From: Oscillospiraceae bacterium
GTDB taxonomy: Bacteria > Bacillota > Clostridia > Oscillospirales > Oscillospiraceae
Direction: 5' to 3'
DNA length: 64,000 nt
Assembly: GCA_020025595.1 (NCBI GenBank)
Contig: JAHHRV010000007.1
Location: 44,311 to 108,310, forward strand
In this document: piece by piece, positions 27,479 through 35,850 of the stretch
How positions within the stretch are numbered: position 1 is the stretch's first letter
How the letters are laid out: the number at the start of each line of letters is the position of its first letter
Translations under genes and position numbers: made by a program
The notes under the pieces: generated by a model
The model's database searches: none
What the model was told of the DNA's origin: nothing
What the model saw: the letters and a program-made list of their open reading frames with translations, nothing else

Positions 27479-27997
27479 GTGAAGAACGGTTTTCGGTCAT
27501 TTGGAAAAGCAATCCTGTATGCCCTTGCGTATCTGCTGATCCAAAATCTTGTCGGTTTGGTATATACCATAACTGTCGATTTTTCCTATTTTCTGAAGCA
27601 CCCGGATATTCTCCATCTGGGGCCTTCGCAGATTGCGTCCCTGATTGAATATATGCACGCAGGAAACTCCGGACTGCATATCATTCTGCCGCTTTTTCTT
27701 TCCAATCTGGCAGCAGTACTGCTGATGTGGCTTTTCTTTGCCGTCAGAAAGAAAAAATTCTCCCAGGAAATCGGATTGCATAAAATCAGCGGAAAGAATC
27801 TGGCGGCGGCAATTGTATTCGGCAGCACCTTCTCCATCGTGTTGACGGCTGCCATCGCCCAGCTGACACAGAATGTCACCGGGATTCCCTTCTGGAGCGT
27901 TGGCGTATGCCTTGCAGGGCTGGTTCTGGTCATCATCTATCTCATCCGGAATAACAGAAGAAAGCCCGTATCAGCGGTTTTCCCTGCAGAAACCTAA
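27479..27997 (+). CDS. Small polytopic membrane protein that resembles only the N-terminal half of a CPBP-family intramembrane protease
   Basis: It has about four hydrophobic segments and a ...FFAVRKKKFSQEIGLHK... linker like CPBP proteins, but no EExxxR or FxxxH catalytic motifs. The GTG start has a weak RBS. Confidence 0.5.
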   Translation: MKNGFRSFGKAILYALAYLLIQNLVGLVYTITVDFSYFLKHPDILHLGPSQIASLIEYMHAGNSGLHIILPLFLSNLAAVLLMWLFFAVRKKKFSQEIGLHKISGKNLAAAIVFGSTFSIVLTAAIAQLTQNVTGIPFWSVGVCLAGLVLVIIYLIRNNRRKPVSAVFPAET

Positions 27998-28009
27998 AAT
28001 AGAATCAAT

Positions 28010-28041
28010 AAAAGCCACAGACGCACTGTCTGTGGCTTTTA
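28010..28041. terminator. Bidirectional terminator between convergent genes
   Basis: A 13-bp stem pairs aaaagccacagac with gtctgtggctttt, with A/T runs on both sides. Confidence 0.85.
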
Positions 28042-28062
28042 TATTATGTTTTCTAATGCGGA

Positions 28063-29796
28063 TCAATAATCCATTGCACGGCACAGAACAGCGGCAATTT
28101 CTGCACGGGTGGCATTGCTGCGAGGCTCGATATTCTTTCCGTCGCCTTCCAGCAGACCTGCAGCTACCAGTGCTTCCACATTGGACAGAGCCCACTTTTC
28201 AATTCTGCCGTAGTCAGCGAACTTGCCTGCGCAGGAAGCACCTCTGGGAAGAGAATTGCCCTGGTAAGTAAACATACGGTCAATCATTGCACTCATCTCC
28301 TGACGGGTGATGTTGCCGTTGGGGCTAAATCGGTTGTTTCCATATCCGTTTACGATTTTGTTGCGGTATGCCCACTCGATGGCGGCTGCGTACCACTCAT
28401 CCTGATCCACATCGGTAAAGGGATTGGTTCTGGTCCAGCCGCTGCCCAGAGATTCTCCGGAATATTCATACAGCAGCTTTGCCATCATTGCGCGCGTAAC
28501 ATTCGTGCCGGGCTCGTAGATGTTGTTGCCCATACCGTTCATCAGACCTTCTGCTGCCAGACGGTCGATGTAATTAAAATACCAGGCTCCGGGTCTGACA
28601 TCTGCAAGCAGCACGCCCCGGGGAGAATAATACACAACCGTTTCAGGGCTGGTGCTGTAATATCCGCCGGCAGAAACTGCGTGGATGTAGATTCCCTTGG
28701 GCAGTGCAACAGGGCCGGAATAAGCGGTGCTCTTCGGTGTGGCAGTTTTGCCATCCGTGGTGTAGTAAATCTTTGTACCGGTGTTGGCGGTTTCCATCTG
28801 GACCTTTCCGCCGGATGTTTTGATCTTGGGTGCAGAGCCTCTGTTGCCCTGGCCATAGACCAGAGAAGCAAGCTCCGAACGAACGCCATTCATATTAAAC
28901 GCTGCATATGCCTTAACGGCACTGGAGTACGGCACCTTAAACGGTCCTTTGTACACCGCACTGCTGTGGGTGGGAACACTGCCGTCCGTGGTGTAGTAAA
29001 TCGGTGCGCCGGATGCAGATTTGATGGTAACCGTCATGGTTTTGCCGTCTGTGGTGTAGGTGATTTCCGGTTTTGCAATGGAACCCACATCCACACCTCT
29101 GGGTTTGACGCTGTAGAGCCACTCGCCCTTATCCATGGTTGCGCCTCTTCTGCGGTGCAGTTCGCTGACAGTCACGAATTCGTATCCCTTTTTCTGAAGG
29201 TCATCGATGGCCCTCAGCGCGCCGTCCACACTGGTACCGTGAATATCATGCACCAGAATAATGGCACCGTCAAAGGTATTGTTGACGATATTGCGGCGAA
29301 CGGTCTCCGGATCCCGGTACTTCCAGTCCTCGGGGTCGACTGTCCAGTAGGCCATAGGCGCATTGATCAGCGACTCCACTCGGGAAGTGGTGCTGCCATA
29401 AGGAGGTCTGACCAGATAACTGGCATTCTTGCCGCAGACCTGATCCAGAACATCTTCTGTCGCCCTCAGCTGCCAGAGGACTTCAGAATCAGACAGGGTT
29501 GTCAGATCCGGATGATTCCAGGAATGGCTTGCCAGCTCATGTCCTTCGTTATAAGCCCGCTGAATGATGCCCAGGTTGCTCTTGGCATTCTGGCCCAGTA
29601 CAAAGAAAGTAACCTTTACATTTCTCTTCTTTAATCCGTCCAGCAGTTTGGGCGTGTAGGTTGCAGATGGACCGTCATCAAAGGTCAATGCAACCAGCTT
29701 TCCACCCTTGACGGCATTAGCCTGTAAGGGCAGCACACTGACAAATAATACCAGTGCCATAGCCAAAGCTAAAAGTCGTTTTTTCATTGAATCCAC
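28063..29796 (-). CDS. SLH-domain-anchored polysaccharide (peptidoglycan-type) deacetylase
   Basis: It has a signal peptide and NodB motifs (LTFDDGPS, HSWNHP). Two YYTTDG-type chitobiase/FN3-associated modules follow. There are three C-terminal SLH repeats (FTDV...WYAAAIEWAYRNKIVNGYGNNRFSPNGNITRQEM). Confidence 0.85.
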   Translation of the reverse strand: MDSMKKRLLALAMALVLFVSVLPLQANAVKGGKLVALTFDDGPSATYTPKLLDGLKKRNVKVTFFVLGQNAKSNLGIIQRAYNEGHELASHSWNHPDLTTLSDSEVLWQLRATEDVLDQVCGKNASYLVRPPYGSTTSRVESLINAPMAYWTVDPEDWKYRDPETVRRNIVNNTFDGAIILVHDIHGTSVDGALRAIDDLQKKGYEFVTVSELHRRRGATMDKGEWLYSVKPRGVDVGSIAKPEITYTTDGKTMTVTIKSASGAPIYYTTDGSVPTHSSAVYKGPFKVPYSSAVKAYAAFNMNGVRSELASLVYGQGNRGSAPKIKTSGGKVQMETANTGTKIYYTTDGKTATPKSTAYSGPVALPKGIYIHAVSAGGYYSTSPETVVYYSPRGVLLADVRPGAWYFNYIDRLAAEGLMNGMGNNIYEPGTNVTRAMMAKLLYEYSGESLGSGWTRTNPFTDVDQDEWYAAAIEWAYRNKIVNGYGNNRFSPNGNITRQEMSAMIDRMFTYQGNSLPRGASCAGKFADYGRIEKWALSNVEALVAAGLLEGDGKNIEPRSNATRAEIAAVLCRAMDY

Positions 29797-29912
29797 CCTC
29801 TCTTTGTATTATGTACTGTCTTGATTCTACCACCCCCATATAAAAATTTCCACATTCTATTTCTTATTATTTCTGAAGAAATCATTTTTCGTCGTTTTTT
29901 TCAGATTCACCT

Positions 29913-29951
29913 ATTAAAAAAGGGCGATATGAACAAATTCATACCGTCCTT
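29913..29951 (-). terminator. Intrinsic terminator after the bactofilin-like gene
   Basis: On the minus strand, AAGGACGGTATGAA, a 4-nt loop and TTCATATCGCCCTT form a stem with two mismatches, and ttttt follows. Confidence 0.7.
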
Positions 29952-29977
29952 TTTGCGTTTTTTCACAGTTTTCTTTG

Positions 29978-30688
29978 TTAGATTTTTACCAGTTCCTCGA
30001 CAGTTCCCTCTTCTGCCTGACAAGTCCCGGTGTATTCTGCCCGCCGCACCCGGCAGCCCGGTCCGATATACAGATCCCTGCCCCGGATAACATCAGCCTT
30101 GGTGTATTCAAGATCCGCCAGATCTGCTTCGATGCTGTTTGCTTCCAGAGCGTAGTCGATGCCAAAGACTTTTTTCAGAAAACCGCCCTTGGATTTTCGA
30201 ACTTTCAAACTGGAACAGCCGATATCTTTGATCTTCGATGCCGGACTGCTGGCGGAAATTTCGATTTTCTCCGCGTTGAGTAAACCCTCGATCTTAGCAG
30301 TGCCATTCAGATAAAATTCCTCACCTTCCACATCTTCCTCCGCGGACAGGCCGCCAGACACCTTCAACAGGCTGCCTCGAATGGAACGCTCGACCTTGAG
30401 GGCGCCAGAGACACGGATCTCGTCACTGGTGAGGGTTCCTTCCACCTTGATGGCACCTGAGGTGTGGACTTTCTTGGCTTGTGCATCTCCCTTCAAAGAG
30501 CAGTTGCCGGAACAACTGAAGTCGTCTGTGACTACATTTCCCAGTATTTTTGCGGAACCGGAGCATTTGATAGAGTCTGCCCGCAGATTTCCCTGCACTT
30601 TGCCACTTCCGCTGATCGATACTCTGCCGTAATCTCCACCTGGCATAGTAGATGAACCGCTGATTCGCATATCCATTTTATCACTCAT
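29978..30688 (-). CDS. Polymer-forming cytoskeletal (bactofilin-like, YhbE/YhbF-like) protein
   Basis: It shows repetitive beta-helix periodicity: ISGSG.V.G.L....I.CSGS..I.G.V. It overlaps the upstream YhbD-like gene by 4 bp. Confidence 0.7.
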   Translation of the reverse strand: MSDKMDMRISGSSTMPGGDYGRVSISGSGKVQGNLRADSIKCSGSAKILGNVVTDDFSCSGNCSLKGDAQAKKVHTSGAIKVEGTLTSDEIRVSGALKVERSIRGSLLKVSGGLSAEEDVEGEEFYLNGTAKIEGLLNAEKIEISASSPASKIKDIGCSSLKVRKSKGGFLKKVFGIDYALEANSIEADLADLEYTKADVIRGRDLYIGPGCRVRRAEYTGTCQAEEGTVEELVKI

Positions 30689-31071
30689 AATGAAACCTCC
30701 CGCAAATAGTCCAGAATGCTGATTTCCCGTTCTCCGTCGGTCAGCACCGCATTTCGAAGTTCTTCCACACTGTATTCCCGTCGCTCAAAGCCATTTTCGA
30801 TAATGAGCCGTCTCCGGGACTGCTGTTCTTTTCGTCTTCCGGCCAGTACCTCTGCCAGCTCTTCCAGAGAAATGTTCTCTTTCCGGTCCAGAATCAGCTC
30901 CACCCGCTGGCAAATCTGTTCCCTGTTAAAAAAGGTCTCCTGACCTGTCACCGTCGATTTTTTGATGAACCACTCCTCTGGGATCAGTCCGAGCCGTTTC
31001 CACCGATACAGCGCTCCATAGGAAATTCCATACCGTTCCAAAACTTCTCGTTTGGAGATCAGATCCTCCAT
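30685..31071 (-). CDS. YhbD-like (DUF4004) MerR-type HTH protein
   Basis: The signature is [33 protein letters not shown]. The start ATG at 31071 has AAGGAGG 6 nt upstream. Confidence 0.75.
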   Translation of the reverse strand: MEDLISKREVLERYGISYGALYRWKRLGLIPEEWFIKKSTVTGQETFFNREQICQRVELILDRKENISLEELAEVLAGRRKEQQSRRRLIIENGFERREYSVEELRNAVLTDGEREISILDYLREVSL

Positions 31072-31101
31072 GCCGCACCTCCTTAACAATGTTACGCTCC
31101 G

Positions 31102-31130
31102 ATATTATCATAACATTGTTACGCTGTCAA
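31102..31130 (-). promoter_or_regulatory. Promoter of the yhbD-like operon with an overlapping inverted repeat
   Basis: On the minus strand, TTGACA (31125-30), a 17-nt spacer and TAATAT (31102-07). An 8-bp inverted repeat CAATGTTA (31087-94) / TAACATTG (31111-18) and a 9-nt direct repeat TGTTACGCT (31090-98, 31117-25) straddle the -10 element. Confidence 0.55.
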
Positions 31131-31200
31131 TCCCCCTGCGTAAAAGATTTCTTCTCTTGTTTCTTCGCCCATGCTTCGACGCAGATTGGCAAACAGAGCA

Positions 31201-31241
31201 AAGAAAAACCACCGTGTATGATGAAAACCCATACACGGTGG
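31201..31241 (-). terminator. Intrinsic terminator after the XRE-TPR regulator
   Basis: A 12-bp stem pairs ccaccgtgtatg with catacacggtgg. A T-run (tttttctt) follows on the minus strand. Confidence 0.85.
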
Positions 31242-31251
31242 CTGATTATGT

Positions 31252-32286
31252 TCATTCTTCCATTAGCTGCTCCCAGCGGGGATCTCCGATCATATAAGCA
31301 AAGCTCTCATCGGATCGGAAGCCCTCCAGAATGCTTTTCCTTATTTTTTCCACAAATTCAGGATCAATTTTCTGAAATGTCATATGAGAATACAAAGGTG
31401 CATCCGGAAATGCATACAGGGAATCCAGATGATTTATCATCCCCTGAACACATTCTATGGTCTTATCCCGGTCCTGTTCTGCCTGAACCAATTCCAGATC
31501 CGCTGCGTAAGTACTGTATTCCCCCATTTCAAACACCCGGGCAAGATCCTTCTTTTTTTCTGCGTAATACCGTGCTTTTTCCAGATTATTCCCCTTCAAC
31601 TGCATAATAAACAGGCTGTTCAAAACAGCAGAAAGGATCTGATAGTCCGAAAAAAGAATTTCTTCGTATGTTTGACAGGCCTTTTCCAGATTGCCAGCCT
31701 TTTCGTACAACACCGCCTGTTTGCGCTTGCGTTCCGGGCTTTGCATAGAAAAATACGAAAGATATTCTTCGGCTTTCTCATATTGCTCTTTGCGAAGATA
31801 GTATCCATATAAGGAATCCGCCGCAGCGGTTCGCATGACTTCATCATTGCTTTTTAGCAGGCGTTCGTAGCATCTTAGAATAAAGGTATCGTATTCTTCG
31901 TTTTCGGGGATTCCCTGCATCAGACGCTGCCCATCCAATTCCAGCGCAAAACTATGGATCAGAGCTTCACAATTGGGGTACATCTGAATTTGCTCTTTTA
32001 CCCAGCAAAAAACCGCATCATAGGGTTCCTCTGAAAATTTCCGATCCGCTTTTTGAACCAGCTCCCGGATTTCCTGCACAGTCAGTTTCTCCCGGAAAGA
32101 CAGCAGCTCATTCAGAGAAACCTCCAAAAGCCGGGCAATGGGTGCAAGAAGCGTAATGTCAGGCATCGCATTTCCGTTTTCCCATTTATTCACAGCAGGC
32201 GCCGTGACACCAAGGCGTCTTGCCATCTCCTCCTGGGTCATTTCTTTTGCTTTTCTGTGTTTGCGGATTACTTCACCAAGTTTCAT
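31252..32286 (-). CDS. XRE-family HTH regulator with a TPR-like C-terminal domain (RNPP-like architecture)
   Basis: The N-terminal HTH_3 region reads LGEVIRKHRKAKEMTQEEMARRLGVTAPAVNKWENG. About 270 aa of helical-repeat C-terminus follows. The gene has lower GC than its neighbours. Confidence 0.8.
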   Translation of the reverse strand: MKLGEVIRKHRKAKEMTQEEMARRLGVTAPAVNKWENGNAMPDITLLAPIARLLEVSLNELLSFREKLTVQEIRELVQKADRKFSEEPYDAVFCWVKEQIQMYPNCEALIHSFALELDGQRLMQGIPENEEYDTFILRCYERLLKSNDEVMRTAAADSLYGYYLRKEQYEKAEEYLSYFSMQSPERKRKQAVLYEKAGNLEKACQTYEEILFSDYQILSAVLNSLFIMQLKGNNLEKARYYAEKKKDLARVFEMGEYSTYAADLELVQAEQDRDKTIECVQGMINHLDSLYAFPDAPLYSHMTFQKIDPEFVEKIRKSILEGFRSDESFAYMIGDPRWEQLMEE

Positions 32287-32456
32287 AAACGATCTCCCTT
32301 CGGTTTGATAGCACCGGCCTTTGCATCGTTATTCTATCACAGCCATAGCAGATTGGGTATTGAGCAGATGTTAAATACAGAAAAATAAAATTAACCGTCA
32401 GGAAACAGAAACCTGCAATCCGGTTTATCCGCAGGCTCTTTTTCCCTGTATTTGCA

Positions 32457-32496
32457 AATAAAAACGGGCAGAATCAGAACTTCTCTGATCCTGCCC
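32457..32496 (-). terminator. Intrinsic terminator after mazF
   Basis: The stem pairs gggcagaatcaga with tctgatcctgccc with one mismatch. The minus-strand T-run is gtttttatt. Confidence 0.75.
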
Positions 32497-32583
32497 AGAC
32501 TGCCGGCAATGACAACCGACAGAGCCGAAAATCGCAATTTTACAGTTTTTCCGTTTGCCGGAATTCCTGTTTCATTGACGAAA

Positions 32584-32943
32584 TTATTCCGTTTCATGCA
32601 GTCCAAAGCTGACTGCAATGGCATTGTCCACCATGGACATATGCGCATCATCCAGCCTGCCCATATGCTCGCGCAGGCGTTTTTTATCTATGGTGCGGAT
32701 CTGTTCCAGCAGAATCACCGAATCCTTGGAAAGGCCCACACTGCCGCCGGCAATGTTGATATGCGTCGGGAGTCTGGCCTTGCCCGTCTGGCTGGTGATC
32801 GCAGCTGCAATCACCGTAGGCGAGTGGCGATTACCGGTATCATTCTGGACAATCAGCACCGGCCGGGTTCCGCCCTGCTCACTGCCCACGACTGGGCTTA
32901 AATCTGCATAGAAGATGTCGCCCCGTTTCACACTGCTATCCAT
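32584..32943 (-). CDS. mazF: MazF/PemK (EndoA/NdoA-type) toxin endoribonuclease
   Basis: Its close similarity to B. subtilis NdoA is recognisable: [43 protein letters not shown]...K..LPTH....[15 protein letters not shown]. The start ATG at 32943 has GGAG 10 nt upstream. Confidence 0.9.
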   Translation of the reverse strand: MDSSVKRGDIFYADLSPVVGSEQGGTRPVLIVQNDTGNRHSPTVIAAAITSQTGKARLPTHINIAGGSVGLSKDSVILLEQIRTIDKKRLREHMGRLDDAHMSMVDNAIAVSFGLHETE

Positions 32944-33080
32944 ACTGTTCACGCTCCGTGAGAAATCTTACCGGCGCTACCGGATTTTCCTATGTAACGC
33001 GGTTGATTCTATTGTCCCACATCAGATAAGAAAATATACGGTAAGCATCCGTTTTATCCTATGCAGCTTTCCCTGAAATT

Positions 33081-33638
33081 CTACTCGCATCCATATTCTT
33101 CGATCTGCATCGACAGAAAGCGTCTGCCCTGCCAGCTGATTTCCGCTGCCTTTATCTGATCGTCCTGCGCCCAGATCTCCACCGTCAGCGGATCATCGCT
33201 GTAGCTGTCGTTGATCGTCACATGAAGCTGTTCGTCTTCCCGAACGCAGGCAGTGATCACCCCGGAGCGCAGCGCCTTCATCATCACAAACGGGCCGCTG
33301 ATGGGGCTGAGCCGTTCATCTGCCATCAAGGGAAACGCAATCATTTTCTCATCAAAGGTCAGCGCACCCTCCTGCCCGGATACGGTTCCGGTAATGCCCG
33401 AAATTTCCTCCGGCTCCTCCACACAGAAGGTGATCACGCCATCGGAATCTGCTTCACAGCTCAGTGTGAATTGCTCCATCGTGTCTATGTAATCCGCCGT
33501 CATTTCTGCCCGAAAGGACACGGTCTGCGCCCCCAGGCATTGACTGCGCAGCTGCAGTGCAGCGTCCATTTCATCCCCTGCACCGCCGCAGCCTGTCAGC
33601 AAAATCATTGTCAGAAACAACACGACAATTCGCTTCAT
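33081..33638 (-). CDS. Lipoprotein of unknown function, possibly YdcC/LolA-like
   Basis: The lipobox is LLTG|C. Its position matches ydcC in the B. subtilis acpS-ydcC-alr-ndoAI-ndoA region. The fold assignment is inference only. Confidence 0.6.
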   Translation of the reverse strand: MKRIVVLFLTMILLTGCGGAGDEMDAALQLRSQCLGAQTVSFRAEMTADYIDTMEQFTLSCEADSDGVITFCVEEPEEISGITGTVSGQEGALTFDEKMIAFPLMADERLSPISGPFVMMKALRSGVITACVREDEQLHVTINDSYSDDPLTVEIWAQDDQIKAAEISWQGRRFLSMQIEEYGCE

Positions 33639-33649
33639 GATATCCCCGC

Positions 33650-34489
33650 CTATTTCAGTAGTCGGGGCAATTCCTCCACCATATCACTGGGCAGCATTCC
33701 ATACTCCCCCAGCCTCTGGGCGCACACATCCCCTGCCCGGCCATGGAGCCACACACCTGCTGCTGCAGCCGTAAGAGGTTCCAGCTTCTGCCCCAGCAGA
33801 CTCACGATGATTCCCGCCAGAACATCACCGCTGCCTCCGGTGGCCATGCCGGGATTTCCCGTGTGATTCTCATAACACAGCTGCCCGTCAGTGATCAGGC
33901 TGCGATGACCTTTGCGCACAATGATGCACCCCAGATCCTTTGCCAGTGCCATCGTCTGTTCCTGCCGTGGCAGATCTTTCGGGCTCAGTCGGGCAAATTC
34001 CCCATCATGGGGCGTCAATATGGTGGGACTTGTCCTGCCCCGCAGTTCATCTTTATGCCGGGAAACCATCGTTATGCCATCTGCATCCAGAACCAGCGGA
34101 CATTTTGCTTCACGCAGCAGCAGCTTCAAAACCGCTTCCGTCCCATCTCCGATTCCGCTGCCGCAGCCAAACAGAACTGCATCCATTCTGGGAAGCAGCT
34201 CCATAATTTTTTCTGATGCACTTTCCGACAGCATTCCGTCTTCATCCGGCAGTGCAAAGATAACCGGCTCATCCAGCTTCACCGCTTCAATGGCATAGAT
34301 GCTCTCCGGGACACCAAGATACACAAGTCCCGCTCCCGTTCTGAGAGCTCCGCGTGAAGCAAAGGCAGCAGCGCCCGTAAATCCCCTGCTGCCGCACAGC
34401 AGCAGAATCTTTCCGTAGTCGCCCTTATGAGTGTCTCTATTTCGCTCAGGAAGTAATATTTTTACATCTTCTTCGTTCAAATATTGCAT
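33650..34489 (-). CDS. nnrD: ADP-dependent NAD(P)H-hydrate dehydratase (YjeF C-terminal family)
   Basis: The motifs are HKGDYGKILLLCGSRGFTGAA and TGGSGDVLAGII. Confidence 0.88.
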   Translation of the reverse strand: MQYLNEEDVKILLPERNRDTHKGDYGKILLLCGSRGFTGAAAFASRGALRTGAGLVYLGVPESIYAIEAVKLDEPVIFALPDEDGMLSESASEKIMELLPRMDAVLFGCGSGIGDGTEAVLKLLLREAKCPLVLDADGITMVSRHKDELRGRTSPTILTPHDGEFARLSPKDLPRQEQTMALAKDLGCIIVRKGHRSLITDGQLCYENHTGNPGMATGGSGDVLAGIIVSLLGQKLEPLTAAAAGVWLHGRAGDVCAQRLGEYGMLPSDMVEELPRLLK

Positions 34490-34609
34490 GTTTACTCCTC
34501 CTGTATTTCATTTTATCCTACAAAAATCATTTCGGCAAGTGTGTTTTCCGTAGCAAATCTGTGTTTTTACTATTTTTTACAGAATTAGTGAAAATTTTTC
34601 CTTCAGCTC

Positions 34610-34638
34610 TTGCAAAATAAATTCAGCTGTGCTATACT
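34610..34638 (+). promoter_or_regulatory. Sigma-A promoter of the aro operon with an extended -10
   Basis: TTGCAA (34610-15), a 17-nt spacer and TGcTATACT (34630-38). Confidence 0.75.
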
Positions 34639-34678
34639 GCATTCATCACTAAACTAGAAATCTCGGAGGCACACCGTC

Positions 34679-34744
34679 ATGAGCCATTGCCTGTTTGCAG
34701 CAGCATACTTCTTTGGCTACTATTACTTTTACCCCAAAAAGTAA
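34679..34744 (+). CDS. Aromatic-rich leader peptide MSHCLFAAAYFFGYYYFYPKK (21 aa)
   Basis: The ATG has GGAGG 9 nt upstream. Nine of 21 codons are Phe or Tyr, and 8 of 9 consecutive codons (10-18) are aromatic. The TAA stop is at 34742-44. The ORF lies between the promoter and a strong terminator, directly upstream of the DAHP synthase gene. Confidence 0.75.
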   Translation: MSHCLFAAAYFFGYYYFYPKK

Positions 34745-34795
34745 TAGCGATTTGTGCTGCTTTCAAATTCTAGCCAGAGCTTATATTTAAGTTTT

Positions 34796-34832
34796 AGCAC
34801 CGCACGAATCGCATCGTGCGGTGCTTTTTTTG
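34796..34832 (+). terminator. Attenuator terminator (regions 3:4) in the aro leader
   Basis: A perfect 12-bp stem pairs agcaccgcacga (34796-807) with tcgtgcggtgct (34814-825), and TTTTTTT follows. It ends 17 nt before the aroF start codon. Confidence 0.9.
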
Positions 34833-34848
34833 TTAAGGAGATGTTGTT

Positions 34849-35850
34849 ATGATCGCTATCTTAAAGCAGGGTACTACCCCCGAACAAACCGAACATCTGG
34901 TGGATTGGCTCAAGCGTATGAATCTGGATGTCCATATTTCTCAGGGACAGGAAGTAACCATTCTTGGTTTAATCGGTGACACCAGCAAGGTCGATATGGA
35001 GCTGCTGGGCAGTCTGGAAATCGTGGAAAGCGTTAAGCGTGTTTCCGAGCCCTTCAAGCAGGTAAACCGTAAATTTCACCCCCGCGACAGCATTGTGGAA
35101 GTCGGCAATGCAAAGATCGGCGGTGGCTACTTCTCCATGATCGCAGGCCCCTGCTCTGTCGAGAGCGAAGACCAGATCATTGAAGTTGCCGAGGCTGTGA
35201 AGGAAGCCGGTGCCACCATTCTGCGCGGCGGCGCATTCAAGCCCCGCACCTCTCCTTATGCATTCCAGGGCATGGGCGAAGAAGGCCTGCACCTGCTGCT
35301 TCAGGCAAAGAAAGCCACCGGCCTTCCCATTTGTACCGAGCTGATGAACATTGTCCACCTGGATCTTTTTGCAGATGTGGATGTCATCCAGATCGGTGCC
35401 CGTAATATGCAGAATTTTGACCTTCTGAAAGAAGTCGGTAAGACGAAAAAGCCCATTCTTCTCAAGCGCGGTCTTGCAAACACCCTGCAGGAGCTGCTGA
35501 TGAGCGCAGAATACATCATGAGCGAAGGCAACCCCAATGTCATTCTCTGCGAGCGTGGCATTCGTACCTACGAAACCTTCACCCGCAACACCCTGGATCT
35601 GTCCGCAGTGCCTGTGCTGCACAACCTGACCCACCTGCCCGTAGTGGTAGACCCCAGCCACGCTACCGGCAAAGCCTACCTGGTGCCCCCCATGGCTGCC
35701 GCTGCTGCAGCAGCCGGTGCCGACGGCATCATGGTCGAGGTCCACAACAACCCCAGCTGTGCCCTGTGCGACGGTGCTCAGTCCCTGACACCTGACCAGT
35801 TTGCCGATCTGAGCCGCCGTGTTCAGATTATCCGGGAGGCCATCCGATGA
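34849..35850 (+). CDS. aroF: 3-deoxy-7-phosphoheptulonate (DAHP) synthase, type I-beta, with an N-terminal ACT/ferredoxin-like regulatory domain
   Basis: The motifs are [22 protein letters not shown] and VDPSH. A roughly 75-aa N-terminal extension resembles the Thermotoga-type enzyme. The RBS is AAGGAG. Confidence 0.92.
   Translation: MIAILKQGTTPEQTEHLVDWLKRMNLDVHISQGQEVTILGLIGDTSKVDMELLGSLEIVESVKRVSEPFKQVNRKFHPRDSIVEVGNAKIGGGYFSMIAGPCSVESEDQIIEVAEAVKEAGATILRGGAFKPRTSPYAFQGMGEEGLHLLLQAKKATGLPICTELMNIVHLDLFADVDVIQIGARNMQNFDLLKEVGKTKKPILLKRGLANTLQELLMSAEYIMSEGNPNVILCERGIRTYETFTRNTLDLSAVPVLHNLTHLPVVVDPSHATGKAYLVPPMAAAAAAAGADGIMVEVHNNPSCALCDGAQSLTPDQFADLSRRVQIIREAIR

Noticed and set aside
25512-27512. 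A 666-aa ORF antisense to glnS
   Set aside because: glnS on the plus strand has HIGH and KMSKS motifs, a promoter, an RBS and a terminator. The antisense ORF runs through that terminator and has no start context.
32391-32651. An 86-aa ORF overlapping the 3' end of mazF as a candidate antitoxin
   Set aside because: It is out of frame and overlaps the 3' end of mazF, then runs on downstream through the mazF terminator. It has no RBS and no AbrB, RHH or MazE-like features.
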